Shown: piece after piece, positions 1 to 8,068 of the stretch | Layout: every line of letters begins with the position of its first letter | Position numbering within the stretch: the stretch's first letter is position 1 | Virus record (IMG/VR): IMGVR_UViG_3300043438_001421 | Location: 1,126-65,125 of that record | Source of the DNA: a virus | Lineage: Duplodnaviria > Caudoviricetes | Strand: one strand, 5' to 3' | DNA: 64,000 nt | The notes under the pieces: model-generated | Told to the model about the DNA's origin: nothing | What the model saw: only the letters and a program-made list of their open reading frames with translations | Database searches by the model: none | Position numbers and translations under genes: made by a program

Positions 1-88
1 AGCAAATCTCAGGATTCCTTTTCTCCAAAGCCCAACCGCATTTGCAGTCACACATATACGCTTTGACATATGGAGTGAAAGAATTCAT
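1..88 (-). CDS. 5' part of a Cys-rich hypothetical protein (runs off the left edge)
   Basis: Minus-strand ATG at 88 gives MNSFTPYVKAYMCDCKCGWALEKRNPEIC..., open to the window edge; TGATACAAT extended -10 lies 8 nt upstream. Confidence 0.55.
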   Translation of the reverse strand, partial: MNSFTPYVKAYMCDCKCGWALEKRNPEIC

Positions 89-102
89 TTCAAAATATTG
101 TA

Positions 103-429
103 TCAGAATACTGGGTGAGATTCCTCAGGGAGAGAGGACACAGATTCTTTTACCTTAGATTTTAACTTCTGGACTTTGTGGAGAATCAGATATCCGATCA
201 GATCATTTTCTGGATCTTCATCTTCATCATCCTGCCGATTCATAATCCTAGAAAGTTTGTCATCCATACGAACTCTCAAAGCGTCTTCGGCTGTACCCCG
301 ATAAAAGATGTTGACGGGAGAAATGGCTGAATCGCCATACTTCCGGTTTTTCATGATCAACATTTCTTTTATCTCGTCACACACAAAAGCAATAATCTCC
401 TGTGTGCTTGGGGCGCTAGATTGTGACAT
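103..429 (-). CDS. Nucleotide modification associated domain 1 (DUF1599-like) protein
   Basis: KNRKYGDS...LRVRMDDKLSRI...EDPENDLIGYLIL matches the family pattern; start moved to the ATG at 429 (MSQSS), overlapping the upstream gene end. Confidence 0.75.
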   Translation of the reverse strand: MSQSSAPSTQEIIAFVCDEIKEMLIMKNRKYGDSAISPVNIFYRGTAEDALRVRMDDKLSRIMNRQDDEDEDPENDLIGYLILHKVQKLKSKVKESVSSLPEESHPVF

Positions 430-784
430 TCGCCAATCCGCGATTCTTGACATTGCTAATAGTTTCGGCAAGAACAATTGCGTAGTGTTCGATGTCAACA
501 TCTTCAATGATTGCCTTTTCATTCAGCATCACATTGAGGGCTGCGAGAATATGGAGAGCAGCGAATCCGGAACTGATACATCCAGCACCGACTCCGGAAA
601 GCTTGACAGTCTTTGCGAAAGACTTGCCTTCTTCATCTTCATCGACAATTGTAACGTGGTTGTAATATCCATCGGTGATCGTTTCCGTTACGTTAAACGA
701 ATCTCCTGTTGCAGCAAGGAACATGAAAGCATCTTCCAATACTGTACTGATCTCAGGTGTGCTGAGAAAATCTTTAATATCCAT
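416..784 (-). CDS. hypothetical protein
   Basis: Acidic ORF; GGAG RBS before the ATG at 784 (MDIKDF). Confidence 0.65.
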   Translation of the reverse strand: MDIKDFLSTPEISTVLEDAFMFLAATGDSFNVTETITDGYYNHVTIVDEDEEGKSFAKTVKLSGVGAGCISSGFAALHILAALNVMLNEKAIIEDVDIEHYAIVLAETISNVKNRGLANVTI

Positions 785-878
785 TTTTTCCTCCAGTTGT
801 TGGTGGGTTTCAAGCCGGTTGGCTTGGACATACTTTACCACACAGTTCAGAGATAAGTGACGAAAACGCTAATTATAT

Positions 879-1145
879 TCAGAGTTCGGGTAATTGCTTG
901 CGGTCATACCAGATTCTATGAATCTCAAGCTTGTCGTATGCTTCCTCTGACGAGTAGTATACCTTGGCGTAAGCTTTACGGGCGGGCTCATCGAAAGCCT
1001 CGCATCGATCATTCATGCAGATATACAATGCCTTATAGATTTCCGGGGATTCGGTGACATGGATTGCATCAACGAGCTCTAGCTTTTTATTGCAATATGT
1101 GCAGTATTTATCTGAATATGGAAATCCTTGAATAATTTGTCCCAT
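879..1145 (-). CDS. small Zn-ribbon-like hypothetical protein
   Basis: CTYC...CMNDRC cysteine pairs; start probably at the ATG at 1145 (MGQII). Confidence 0.6.
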   Translation of the reverse strand: MGQIIQGFPYSDKYCTYCNKKLELVDAIHVTESPEIYKALYICMNDRCEAFDEPARKAYAKVYYSSEEAYDKLEIHRIWYDRKQLPEL

Positions 1146-1167
1146 TAACTGGCCCCGGAAGAATTGA

Positions 1168-1380
1168 TTAAGATTCATCAAAATACTCCACAAGTCTAGT
1201 TAACTGATCAATAATATTTGGGATGCAATCCAATATGGCATTAATTTCAGCCATATCGTAGTAGCCCCTCTCTTGAATCTCAAGCCACCATGCTGGAGTG
1301 ACAATGCCCTTGTCGTTGTAAACAGCGACGTTCAGCTTGGTGGTGGGCTCCATTTCTTCATCAAAAATTTCTACGGGCAT
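1168..1380 (-). CDS. hypothetical protein
   Basis: 70-aa ORF; TGATACAAT 6 nt upstream of the ATG (leaderless pattern). Confidence 0.65.
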   Translation of the reverse strand: MPVEIFDEEMEPTTKLNVAVYNDKGIVTPAWWLEIQERGYYDMAEINAILDCIPNIIDQLTRLVEYFDES

Positions 1381-1392
1381 TCCGTCATTGTA

Positions 1393-1719
1393 TCAGGAAT
1401 CAGAGATATTTTTCTGCTCTTCTGAAAGATGAGTTATTTCATGGTTAGCCTGCCAAACTTGAACATTGTCAAGACGCTCATCAAGGCGATCAACCTTCTT
1501 GTCGATACCAGTAATTTGGCTGCTAAGGTGACTGAGTAAGGCTTTGTTGTCATTATGCTGGGAAGTATTCTCTTCTCGGAACATTTCTGCCCCAGCCTTC
1601 ATTTTCTCTGACTGCTTCTTGTTGGACTTAACCATTAGGATCAGACTACTACCCGCCGTGATCATTGCTATAGTGATAGGGACTACAACTACCTCCGCTA
1701 TTGAGATGTAATCAGCCAT
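1393..1719 (-). CDS. membrane protein (N-terminal TM helix plus coiled coil), holin-accessory-like
   Basis: Hydrophobic segment VVVVPITIAMITAGSSLILMV followed by heptad-like IDKKVDRLDERLDNV; GGAGG RBS upstream. Confidence 0.7.
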   Translation of the reverse strand: MADYISIAEVVVVPITIAMITAGSSLILMVKSNKKQSEKMKAGAEMFREENTSQHNDNKALLSHLSSQITGIDKKVDRLDERLDNVQVWQANHEITHLSEEQKNISDS

Positions 1720-2164
1720 TATGGTCCTCCAAATTAATTAATGCTAAAGCCTTAATACTCATTAACTAATTATAACTATGGAGGCATTTTAATGCCAGCC
1801 GATGAGTGAGTATACAAAAAAATCCGGGGATCAGGTTGCGAAGCTCTGAAATCGATGGTACTCTCGTTTTAGTTGTAAAACTGTGATCACAGAATGAGTC
1901 TTATAGATTTGGTTTCGCGTACTATAGCACCGAAATCCTTTTTGTGGTTCTCATTTTTTTTTATCGCTGGAAAATTCCTTATATATTATTTATAAAAAAT
2001 ATATTGTTTATAATATATATATCACTGGATATATAGTAATAAGTATGGTATAGAGTCTCATACCACTGGTAGCAATCTCGTATATGCCAGTCACTCATGT
2101 GCTATGCTAGCTCCAAGCCCCTAGGGGACTGGAATCTCCTATAGATTCTATAGACTGGAGAATA
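1720..2164. promoter_or_regulatory. divergent promoter region with AT-rich core and palindromes
   Basis: Gene orientation switches here; minus-strand TGCTATAGT (1921-1929), plus-strand TGCTATGCT (about 2100), very AT-rich 1975-2045, several short inverted repeats. Confidence 0.55.
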
Positions 2165-2554
2165 ATGAAAGAATACTACGAATTCCTTATGTTTGAACTT
2201 AAGGATATTGAAGAGGAATTTGATATTCCTTCTCAAATTGCTCATGAAATTTGTTTACTTCTTAGTTTAGAAAATAACTTCATTCCAGAATCTTTTTTTA
2301 GATTATATCTCTCTAAATTAGGTACAGATTATTCTGTACTGTATAATGCCGCAGCTTATTTTTCTGGAGCCAAATTTTTGAAAATTGAGTGTGACTGCCC
2401 GGAATCTGATAAGATGCTTTGTGATCTTCATTCAGTCAGCGAAAGCGCTTTTTATGAAATCGGTGCAGATGACTTTGCAAACACCACATCCAAGTGGCAG
2501 AAGATCAATCAAAGTATTCAGATGATAAGGACTTCTATATTCAATGATTGTTAA
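2165..2554 (+). CDS. hypothetical protein
   Basis: 129-aa ORF with GGAG RBS, overlapping the def start. Confidence 0.65.
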   Translation: MKEYYEFLMFELKDIEEEFDIPSQIAHEICLLLSLENNFIPESFFRLYLSKLGTDYSVLYNAAAYFSGAKFLKIECDCPESDKMLCDLHSVSESAFYEIGADDFANTTSKWQKINQSIQMIRTSIFNDC

Positions 2555-3065
2555 GTACCCTGATAATAGACTGGATCAAGTATCTGTTTCAGCTTTAGAA
2601 AATCTAACTAAAAATGAGATAGATAATCTTTGCTATGAAATGCGCAAAGAATGCTGGGAAGTAAATGGATTGGGTATTGCAGCCATCCAAATTGGACAGC
2701 CGTATAGAGTCTTCGGGATTTTGAATCCAAATAAAAGAGATCTTATGTGGATGATTGATCCACAAATCAGAAGGTGTTCAGGGAGTATAACTTATACAGA
2801 AGGATGTCTTTCTATCCCCGGATACTTCTGGGATGTTACTAGATACAATAAACTTTCTATCTCCTTTTTTGATTCTAAGGGTGCTAAGCACTACAGAACA
2901 TTCTCAGGAATTCATGCGAGGATTATTCAGCATGAAATGGATCACATCGATGGACTTCTCATTCCAGATCTTATGGATGATGATAAATTTATTAACTTCG
3001 ATAATCACTTTTCTTCAAGCCTTCCAGCATCGGAGTATGATGCTCCAAAGATTAGTGTGATTTAA
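2544..3065 (+). CDS. def: peptide deformylase
   Basis: All three PDF motifs present: GLGIAAIQIG, EGCLSIPG, QHEMDH. Confidence 0.95.
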   Translation: MIVKYPDNRLDQVSVSALENLTKNEIDNLCYEMRKECWEVNGLGIAAIQIGQPYRVFGILNPNKRDLMWMIDPQIRRCSGSITYTEGCLSIPGYFWDVTRYNKLSISFFDSKGAKHYRTFSGIHARIIQHEMDHIDGLLIPDLMDDDKFINFDNHFSSSLPASEYDAPKISVI

Positions 3066-3070
3066 GGTTA

Positions 3071-3144
3071 GGACACTTAGCTCAGTTGGTTAGAGCGTCT
3101 CGTTTACACCGAGAGGGTCGGGGGTTCGAATCCCTCAGTGTCCA
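3071..3144 (+). tRNA. tRNA-Val(TAC)
   Basis: Acceptor GGACACT/AGTGTCC, D-arm TAGCTCAGTTGGTTAGAGC, anticodon arm TCTCG-ttTACac-CGAGA, GGTTCGAATCC T-loop; CCA not encoded. Confidence 0.95.
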
Positions 3145-3146
3145 CT

Positions 3147-4358
3147 ATGAAAATAGGATCAGTTTTCTCAGGAGGTGGCGGTGGAGATTTGGGTTTCAAA
3201 TCTTCCGGACACCAAATAACATTCGGTTGTGAGATCAATGAATATGCTAGATCTGTATTGAGAAAGCATAATCCTGATCTTATAATTTATAACGACATTA
3301 AGGAGATAACTCTTGAAAGATTACTCGCAGACGGAGCAGAAATCCCCGAAGTCATCTTTGGAGGAAGTCCATGCCAAGACTTATCTGTGGCTGGATACCG
3401 TGAAGGATTGGGCGGAGAGCGTAGTGGATTGTTCACTGAGCAATGCAGAGTCGCTGACGAAATCTCTGCCCCGTGGATTGTCTGGGAAAATGTCGTCGGA
3501 GCATTCTCAAGCAATAAAGGAAGAGACTTCGCAGAAGTCCTTTACTACACAACAGGATTCCGTCCTGAAGTTCCAAAGGGAGGATGGAAGAGCGGAGGAG
3601 TCTGTATTGGACCCAAGCGATCAGCCGTTTGGCGCGTGCTTGACGCTCAAGCTTTCGGAGTCCCACAAAGACGCAGAAGAATCTTTCTTGTCGCAGGTCC
3701 TAGAGAGTTGGCGTCCAGAATTATCGACGTTTTATTTGAGCCCGAAAGCAGCGAGCGGAATTCTACGGAGGGCAGAAAAACGGGACAGGAAATTGCCGGA
3801 GAGACTCAAGAGCGCATTGGAACATCTAGCGTCGGAGCTTTAACTGAGATATCTCAGAGCATTCTTGCGAGGTATGGAAGTCGTGGCGATCTAGAGACTG
3901 AAACTTTCATTGTAGAGAAGGTGTGGTCTGGCTCTACGCACAAAGAGGATCTTGCTGCAACTTTAACTGATCCAGCAGGTGGTCAGAGGACAACAAACAT
4001 TGATGGAGCATCTTGGGTAGTGTATGACACTAAACCCTATGTTGCTTTTGATTCAAATTACTCTGGGCAATATTCTATAGTTAATAATGGAGATATTTCT
4101 CCCACCATCAAGCTTGGATCAAATCTCAATGGTCAGCCTCCTGCTATTGGATGCGGGGATATTGTCAGGAGACTCACTCCTCTTGAATGCGAGAGGTTGA
4201 TGGGATGGCCTGATAATTATACTAAAGTTGGATTAGCAGATAATCGTTTTGATGTCAATATCTCAAATAGTCAGAGATATAGGATCTGTGGAAATGGTAT
4301 TGTTTCAAATGTTACATATTGGATTGGTAATCAATTAAATAAGGTTTTAGATGTCTGA
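3147..4358 (+). CDS. C5 cytosine DNA methyltransferase
   Basis: Motif I FSGGGGGDLG, motif IV GSPCQDLS, motif VI ENV, motif VIII QRRRRIF, motif IX RRLTPLECERLMGWP, motif X GNGIV; start set to the ATG after the tRNA. Confidence 0.93.
   Translation: MKIGSVFSGGGGGDLGFKSSGHQITFGCEINEYARSVLRKHNPDLIIYNDIKEITLERLLADGAEIPEVIFGGSPCQDLSVAGYREGLGGERSGLFTEQCRVADEISAPWIVWENVVGAFSSNKGRDFAEVLYYTTGFRPEVPKGGWKSGGVCIGPKRSAVWRVLDAQAFGVPQRRRRIFLVAGPRELASRIIDVLFEPESSERNSTEGRKTGQEIAGETQERIGTSSVGALTEISQSILARYGSRGDLETETFIVEKVWSGSTHKEDLAATLTDPAGGQRTTNIDGASWVVYDTKPYVAFDSNYSGQYSIVNNGDISPTIKLGSNLNGQPPAIGCGDIVRRLTPLECERLMGWPDNYTKVGLADNRFDVNISNSQRYRICGNGIVSNVTYWIGNQLNKVLDV
3313..3843 (+). CDS. overlapping alternative-frame ORF inside the methyltransferase (beta-polypeptide-like); true start uncertain (in-frame ATG at 3490)
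   Basis: 176 open codons in the +1 frame ending LSQVLE...FYLSPKAASGILRRAEKRDRKLPERLKSALE, resembling the LxDxLE...YYLS segment of C5 MTase variable regions. Confidence 0.6.
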   Translation: MKDYSQTEQKSPKSSLEEVHAKTYLWLDTVKDWAESVVDCSLSNAESLTKSLPRGLSGKMSSEHSQAIKEETSQKSFTTQQDSVLKFQREDGRAEESVLDPSDQPFGACLTLKLSESHKDAEESFLSQVLESWRPELSTFYLSPKAASGILRRAEKRDRKLPERLKSALEHLASEL

Positions 4359-4554
4359 AGAAAAACAATATACTTTTAATTTAACTGAAATGGAAGCATT
4401 TTATCTAAATGCAGCTGTAGTGGACTTTTTCCACAAAATGAAGAATGCTGCTGAGCAGGAAGTTGTTGTCCTGTTTATGGATGACAGATACAGAGTAGCT
4501 AAAGACTTGTGGGTAAAAGTTGAAAAGCAGATTCCAGTTGGTGAGTGGAAGTAG
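4351..4554 (+). CDS. hypothetical protein
   Basis: 67-aa ORF overlapping the MTase stop. Confidence 0.6.
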   Translation: MSEEKQYTFNLTEMEAFYLNAAVVDFFHKMKNAAEQEVVVLFMDDRYRVAKDLWVKVEKQIPVGEWK

Positions 4555-4574
4555 TATATGCTAGTATTTTATTG

Positions 4575-4904
4575 ATGGTATATCGCGAGTACATTACTTC
4601 TGATTTATGGAGAATTCGCAAAAGACGTTATTTTGAGACTCATGAAAGAAAATGTAGAGCGTGTAATTCTAAGAAAAAAATTCATCTGCATCATAAGACG
4701 TATAGAAGACTTGGTGAAGAGCGGGACGCTGATTTAGTCCCGCTTTGTCATTCTTGCCATACTGCTCTGCATATACGGCAGAAGAGCACAGGGCAGAATC
4801 TTTGGCGACTGACAGAAGAATTCATTAAGAACAAAAAACGTAGATATAAAAATAGTAGATTAAAAAAACGTCCAACAAACAAACGCAAGCCCCGTACTAG
4901 GTGA
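4575..4904 (+). CDS. HNH endonuclease
   Basis: CRAC...HLHHKTYRRLGEE..DLVPLCHSCHTALH; TGCTAGTAT 7 nt before the ATG at 4575. Confidence 0.85.
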   Translation: MVYREYITSDLWRIRKRRYFETHERKCRACNSKKKIHLHHKTYRRLGEERDADLVPLCHSCHTALHIRQKSTGQNLWRLTEEFIKNKKRRYKNSRLKKRPTNKRKPRTR

Positions 4905-4918
4905 TACAATAGCCTTGT

Positions 4919-5722
4919 ATGATTTATGCCAAGGTAATCGCTGACAGCATCACTGGATCTGGTGATCGTTTAACTACTATGGAAGTTCAGATGCATCGCT
5001 TTGTGCTTGCTGAGTTTAATACGCACAGAGTGTTCTCTAGAAACTCTTCGTCTTCAAGAGCTATCCCCATCAAGAAGCAGATTGATAGAGTCCGGAAAGA
5101 TCCAGCTTTTCCTGTTGCTTGGGGTATTAATCAAGCAGGAATGCAAGCTGAGAGAAATCTCAGCATAAGCCGATCAAGGAAAGCGCGATGGATTTGGAAG
5201 AGAGCTTCTAAGAAGGCTATCAAGAGTGCAAAACTTCTAGATGACTTGGGCGTGCATAAGCAGATTACAAATAGAATTCTTGAACCGTTTATGTGGCATA
5301 CAGTTATTGTGTCATCAACTGACTGGGAAGGATTTTTTGAGCAGAGATGCAACAAGCTTGCTCAGCCGGAGATTAGAGAAGTTGCTTTAGCTATGCAATA
5401 CGCTTATAGCAAATCTGTTCCTGATTTCATTACTACAGGAGAATACCATCTTCCCTATCTGCAGCCAGAAGAATATCGTCTTGACGATAATCTGAAGATG
5501 AAAGCTTGCATTGCCAGATGTGCTAGAGTATCTTACTTAACTCATAATAATGAAAAGTCTCTTCTAAAAGATATTCAATTATTTGAAAAGCTTGTGACGG
5601 CAGATCCGCCACATTGGAGTCCGATGGAACACGTTGCGACTCCTATCACTCCAGATCTTGACGGGAGTGGAAATTTCTCTGGGTTCGCTCAGGTTCGACA
5701 TAATTTACATTTGGTGTTCTAG
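4919..5722 (+). CDS. thyX: FAD-dependent thymidylate synthase (ThyX-like)
   Basis: EFNTHRVFSRNSSSSRAIP, HKQITNRILEP, ARCARVSY and HWSPMEH motifs of phage ThyX. Confidence 0.9.
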   Translation: MIYAKVIADSITGSGDRLTTMEVQMHRFVLAEFNTHRVFSRNSSSSRAIPIKKQIDRVRKDPAFPVAWGINQAGMQAERNLSISRSRKARWIWKRASKKAIKSAKLLDDLGVHKQITNRILEPFMWHTVIVSSTDWEGFFEQRCNKLAQPEIREVALAMQYAYSKSVPDFITTGEYHLPYLQPEEYRLDDNLKMKACIARCARVSYLTHNNEKSLLKDIQLFEKLVTADPPHWSPMEHVATPITPDLDGSGNFSGFAQVRHNLHLVF

Positions 5723-5919
5723 TGGTTGCAAAATCGGTTCTATGTTTAAATAAAAATCATTCAGAGTGCAAGACAGATCATTGCCAGTGTTCATGTCATC
5801 ATGAGCACAATTGTGACTGCTTTGCTTGCAAGATAAGATCTATTAGCTTCGGAGATGTTCCGGGCGGATATAAATCTAATAATGTTAGTTCTTCTTCTAG
5901 AAAGAAGGAAGACTTCTAG
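5722..5919 (+). CDS. small Cys/His-rich protein
   Basis: CLNKNHSECKTDHCQCSCHHEHNCDCFACK; GTG start overlaps the thyX stop. Confidence 0.6.
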   Translation: MVAKSVLCLNKNHSECKTDHCQCSCHHEHNCDCFACKIRSISFGDVPGGYKSNNVSSSSRKKEDF

Positions 5920-6003
5920 GAAGGGTGGCAGAGCGGACGAATGCGTCGGTCTTGAAAACCGTTGTGGGGCAACTCACCGTGGGTTCGAATCCCACCCCTT
6001 CCA
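5919..6003 (+). tRNA. tRNA-Ser(TGA)
   Basis: Acceptor GGAAGGG/CCCTTCC, anticodon CGGT-ctTGAaa-ACCG, long variable arm, GGTTCGAATCC. Confidence 0.9.
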
Positions 6004-6063
6004 CGGGCTTTTTATAATTGATAATGATATACTAGTTATGTTCTTAGGAGGAATATAAAACTT

Positions 6064-7131
6064 ATGAGTTATTATCTTTTAGACAATCCACCAGCATCCC
6101 CTCAGTTCTATCCGTCACGGAAGACTGAATGGAAGGGTGGAATTGTAATTCACACAACAGAAGGCGTCGGAGGATATGACTCAGCAGAGAATACTGCTGC
6201 ATACATCTCACGGCGCTCAAATGCAGGTAGCTATCACGTTATCACCGATCTCAATGGAGCCGTCTGGCTCATGCCGATCACATATACCGCCTACGGCGTT
6301 GCTGCTTCTGGCTACAATAGCACTTGTGTCATGGTGGCACTTGCAGCACGTTCGGCTGATCTTGATCTCGGAAATGGCTACACGCCAACCGAAATTGACT
6401 TTATGGCTAAGGCTATTGTCGATGCTTGGAATGAAGGTGGCTTCGATCCGATGGCTGGCCTTCAGTTTATCGGGGAGAACGTAAAGAACGTTCAAGGGCT
6501 TGCGCATCACGGAGATGTTCAACCGGCAGATCGTTCAGACGCATGGAGTCGTTCATCAAAGCGTGGAGAATTTGACGCTTATCTGCTTCAGAGAATTGCT
6601 GCTCATGCTGGGAATTCTGCTCCACCAGCTCCACCCGTTTTTGTTCCACCGGCTCCTCCGGAGTCTTCGATCTGGAGAGTTGGCTCATCTGGCGATAAAG
6701 TTCGTCAAATTCAACAAATTGTTGGCGTTTCCGCTGATGGAGTCTTCGGCCCTAAAACTGAAGCTGCTGTTCGTCAGTGGCAGTCAAATCTTAAGTTAAA
6801 TGCCGATGGAGTTTGGGGTCCAATGACTGAGGAAGCAACTAATAACCTTTTTGCTTTCCTTGCAAATCTTCCTACTGTCAAAGAGGTCAATCCAAACAAT
6901 GAGTTCCTTCAGGCCCTCTCTAACGCAACAAAGCAAACTCTTCGTCAAGGAAGTACCGGAGATGCAGTTAAGATTGCGCAAACGGCGTTGAATGGCAAAG
7001 GATATCCGCTTGTTGCTGATGGAATTTTTGGTAAAGCAACTGACAGCGCTGTTCGTCGCTTCCAATCATCTCGCGGCCTTACTTACGATGGCATTGTTGG
7101 TCAGCAGACTTGGAATGCCCTTTTATCATAA
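6064..7131 (+). CDS. endolysin: N-acetylmuramoyl-L-alanine amidase with peptidoglycan-binding repeats
   Basis: IVIHTTEG...SYHV...HHGDV..DRSD amidase motifs, Pro-rich linker, repeated DGxFGxxTxxAVRxFQ PG_binding_1 units. Confidence 0.9.
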   Translation: MSYYLLDNPPASPQFYPSRKTEWKGGIVIHTTEGVGGYDSAENTAAYISRRSNAGSYHVITDLNGAVWLMPITYTAYGVAASGYNSTCVMVALAARSADLDLGNGYTPTEIDFMAKAIVDAWNEGGFDPMAGLQFIGENVKNVQGLAHHGDVQPADRSDAWSRSSKRGEFDAYLLQRIAAHAGNSAPPAPPVFVPPAPPESSIWRVGSSGDKVRQIQQIVGVSADGVFGPKTEAAVRQWQSNLKLNADGVWGPMTEEATNNLFAFLANLPTVKEVNPNNEFLQALSNATKQTLRQGSTGDAVKIAQTALNGKGYPLVADGIFGKATDSAVRRFQSSRGLTYDGIVGQQTWNALLS

Positions 7132-7150
7132 GATTATCAATTTGGCAAAG

Positions 7151-7175
7151 AGCGGGGGCGCAAGCCCCCGCTTTC
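7151..7175 (+). terminator. intrinsic terminator-like hairpin
   Basis: AGCGGGGGC-GCAA-GCCCCCGCT followed by TTC, just after the endolysin stop. Confidence 0.75.
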
Positions 7176-7192
7176 TGCTATTATAGAGTGAT

Positions 7193-8068
7193 ATGAACTT
7201 TGATTCGATGACTCTATCAAAAATTCTCGGTAGAGATGAACATAATCTAAATAGTATTTTAGAAGATATGTGTTCTTTTTATAAAGATAAAAATATATTG
7301 ATTACTGGCGCCAATGGGAGCCTTGGTCATGGAATTAGAGATTTTTTATACTCTAACAAAGTTATTTGCAATGTTATCAATACAGATATTTTACTTTATC
7401 CTCAAGATAAAAGTTGGAAATATTTAGATGTCACTAATTTTGATAATGTTGACTCAATTGTATCTGATGATATAGATATCATCTTCCATTTTGCAGCAGA
7501 TAAGCACGCTCCGAAGGGCGAGCTTACTCCGGATACAACAATTGATATCAATCTGAATGGAACTAAAAATCTTATAAATTCTATAAAAAATACTAAGACT
7601 AAGATTGTACTTGCTAGTACTTGTAAATGTTGTAATCCCGAAACTATTTATGGATCTACTAAATTAATTGCAGAAAGATTAATATTAAATTCTGGACATA
7701 ATGTAGCAAGATTTTATAATGTAGTGCAATCTTCTGATAATGTTTTTGAAATTTGGAATAATATTGAAGATCCTTCTAAGCATAAAGTAATGCCATGTAA
7801 TAGATATTTTATTACAATTGATGAGGCAGTTGCTTTGACATTATTTACTGGCATGAGTGAATCTGGACGCTATACGATTTCACCGGGCGAAAGTAGATAC
7901 ATGGTTGATCTGCATTTTGATTTGTATGGAGTGGATGGGGTTGCGGAATTCCCTAGGCGCGGTGACAGAGTTGCTGAGCTTAGACACAGTACGTCGGAAA
8001 ATATTGTCAATATTGATTCATATCCATTTGAGAAAATTTCAAGTGAACACGATGCTTCAATGCAATAG
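7193..8068 (+). CDS. NDP-sugar 4,6-dehydratase, CapD/PglF/PseB-like (Polysacc_synt_2)
   Basis: ILITGANGSLG, FHFAADKHAP, STCKCCNPETIYGSTK, ARFYNV, RYFITIDEA align with family motifs. Confidence 0.85.
   Translation: MNFDSMTLSKILGRDEHNLNSILEDMCSFYKDKNILITGANGSLGHGIRDFLYSNKVICNVINTDILLYPQDKSWKYLDVTNFDNVDSIVSDDIDIIFHFAADKHAPKGELTPDTTIDINLNGTKNLINSIKNTKTKIVLASTCKCCNPETIYGSTKLIAERLILNSGHNVARFYNVVQSSDNVFEIWNNIEDPSKHKVMPCNRYFITIDEAVALTLFTGMSESGRYTISPGESRYMVDLHFDLYGVDGVAEFPRRGDRVAELRHSTSENIVNIDSYPFEKISSEHDASMQ

Noticed and set aside
7857-8051. N-terminal extension of the aminotransferase in the ORF track
   Set aside because: Overlaps the dehydratase by about 200 nt; family similarity begins at the ATG at 8052
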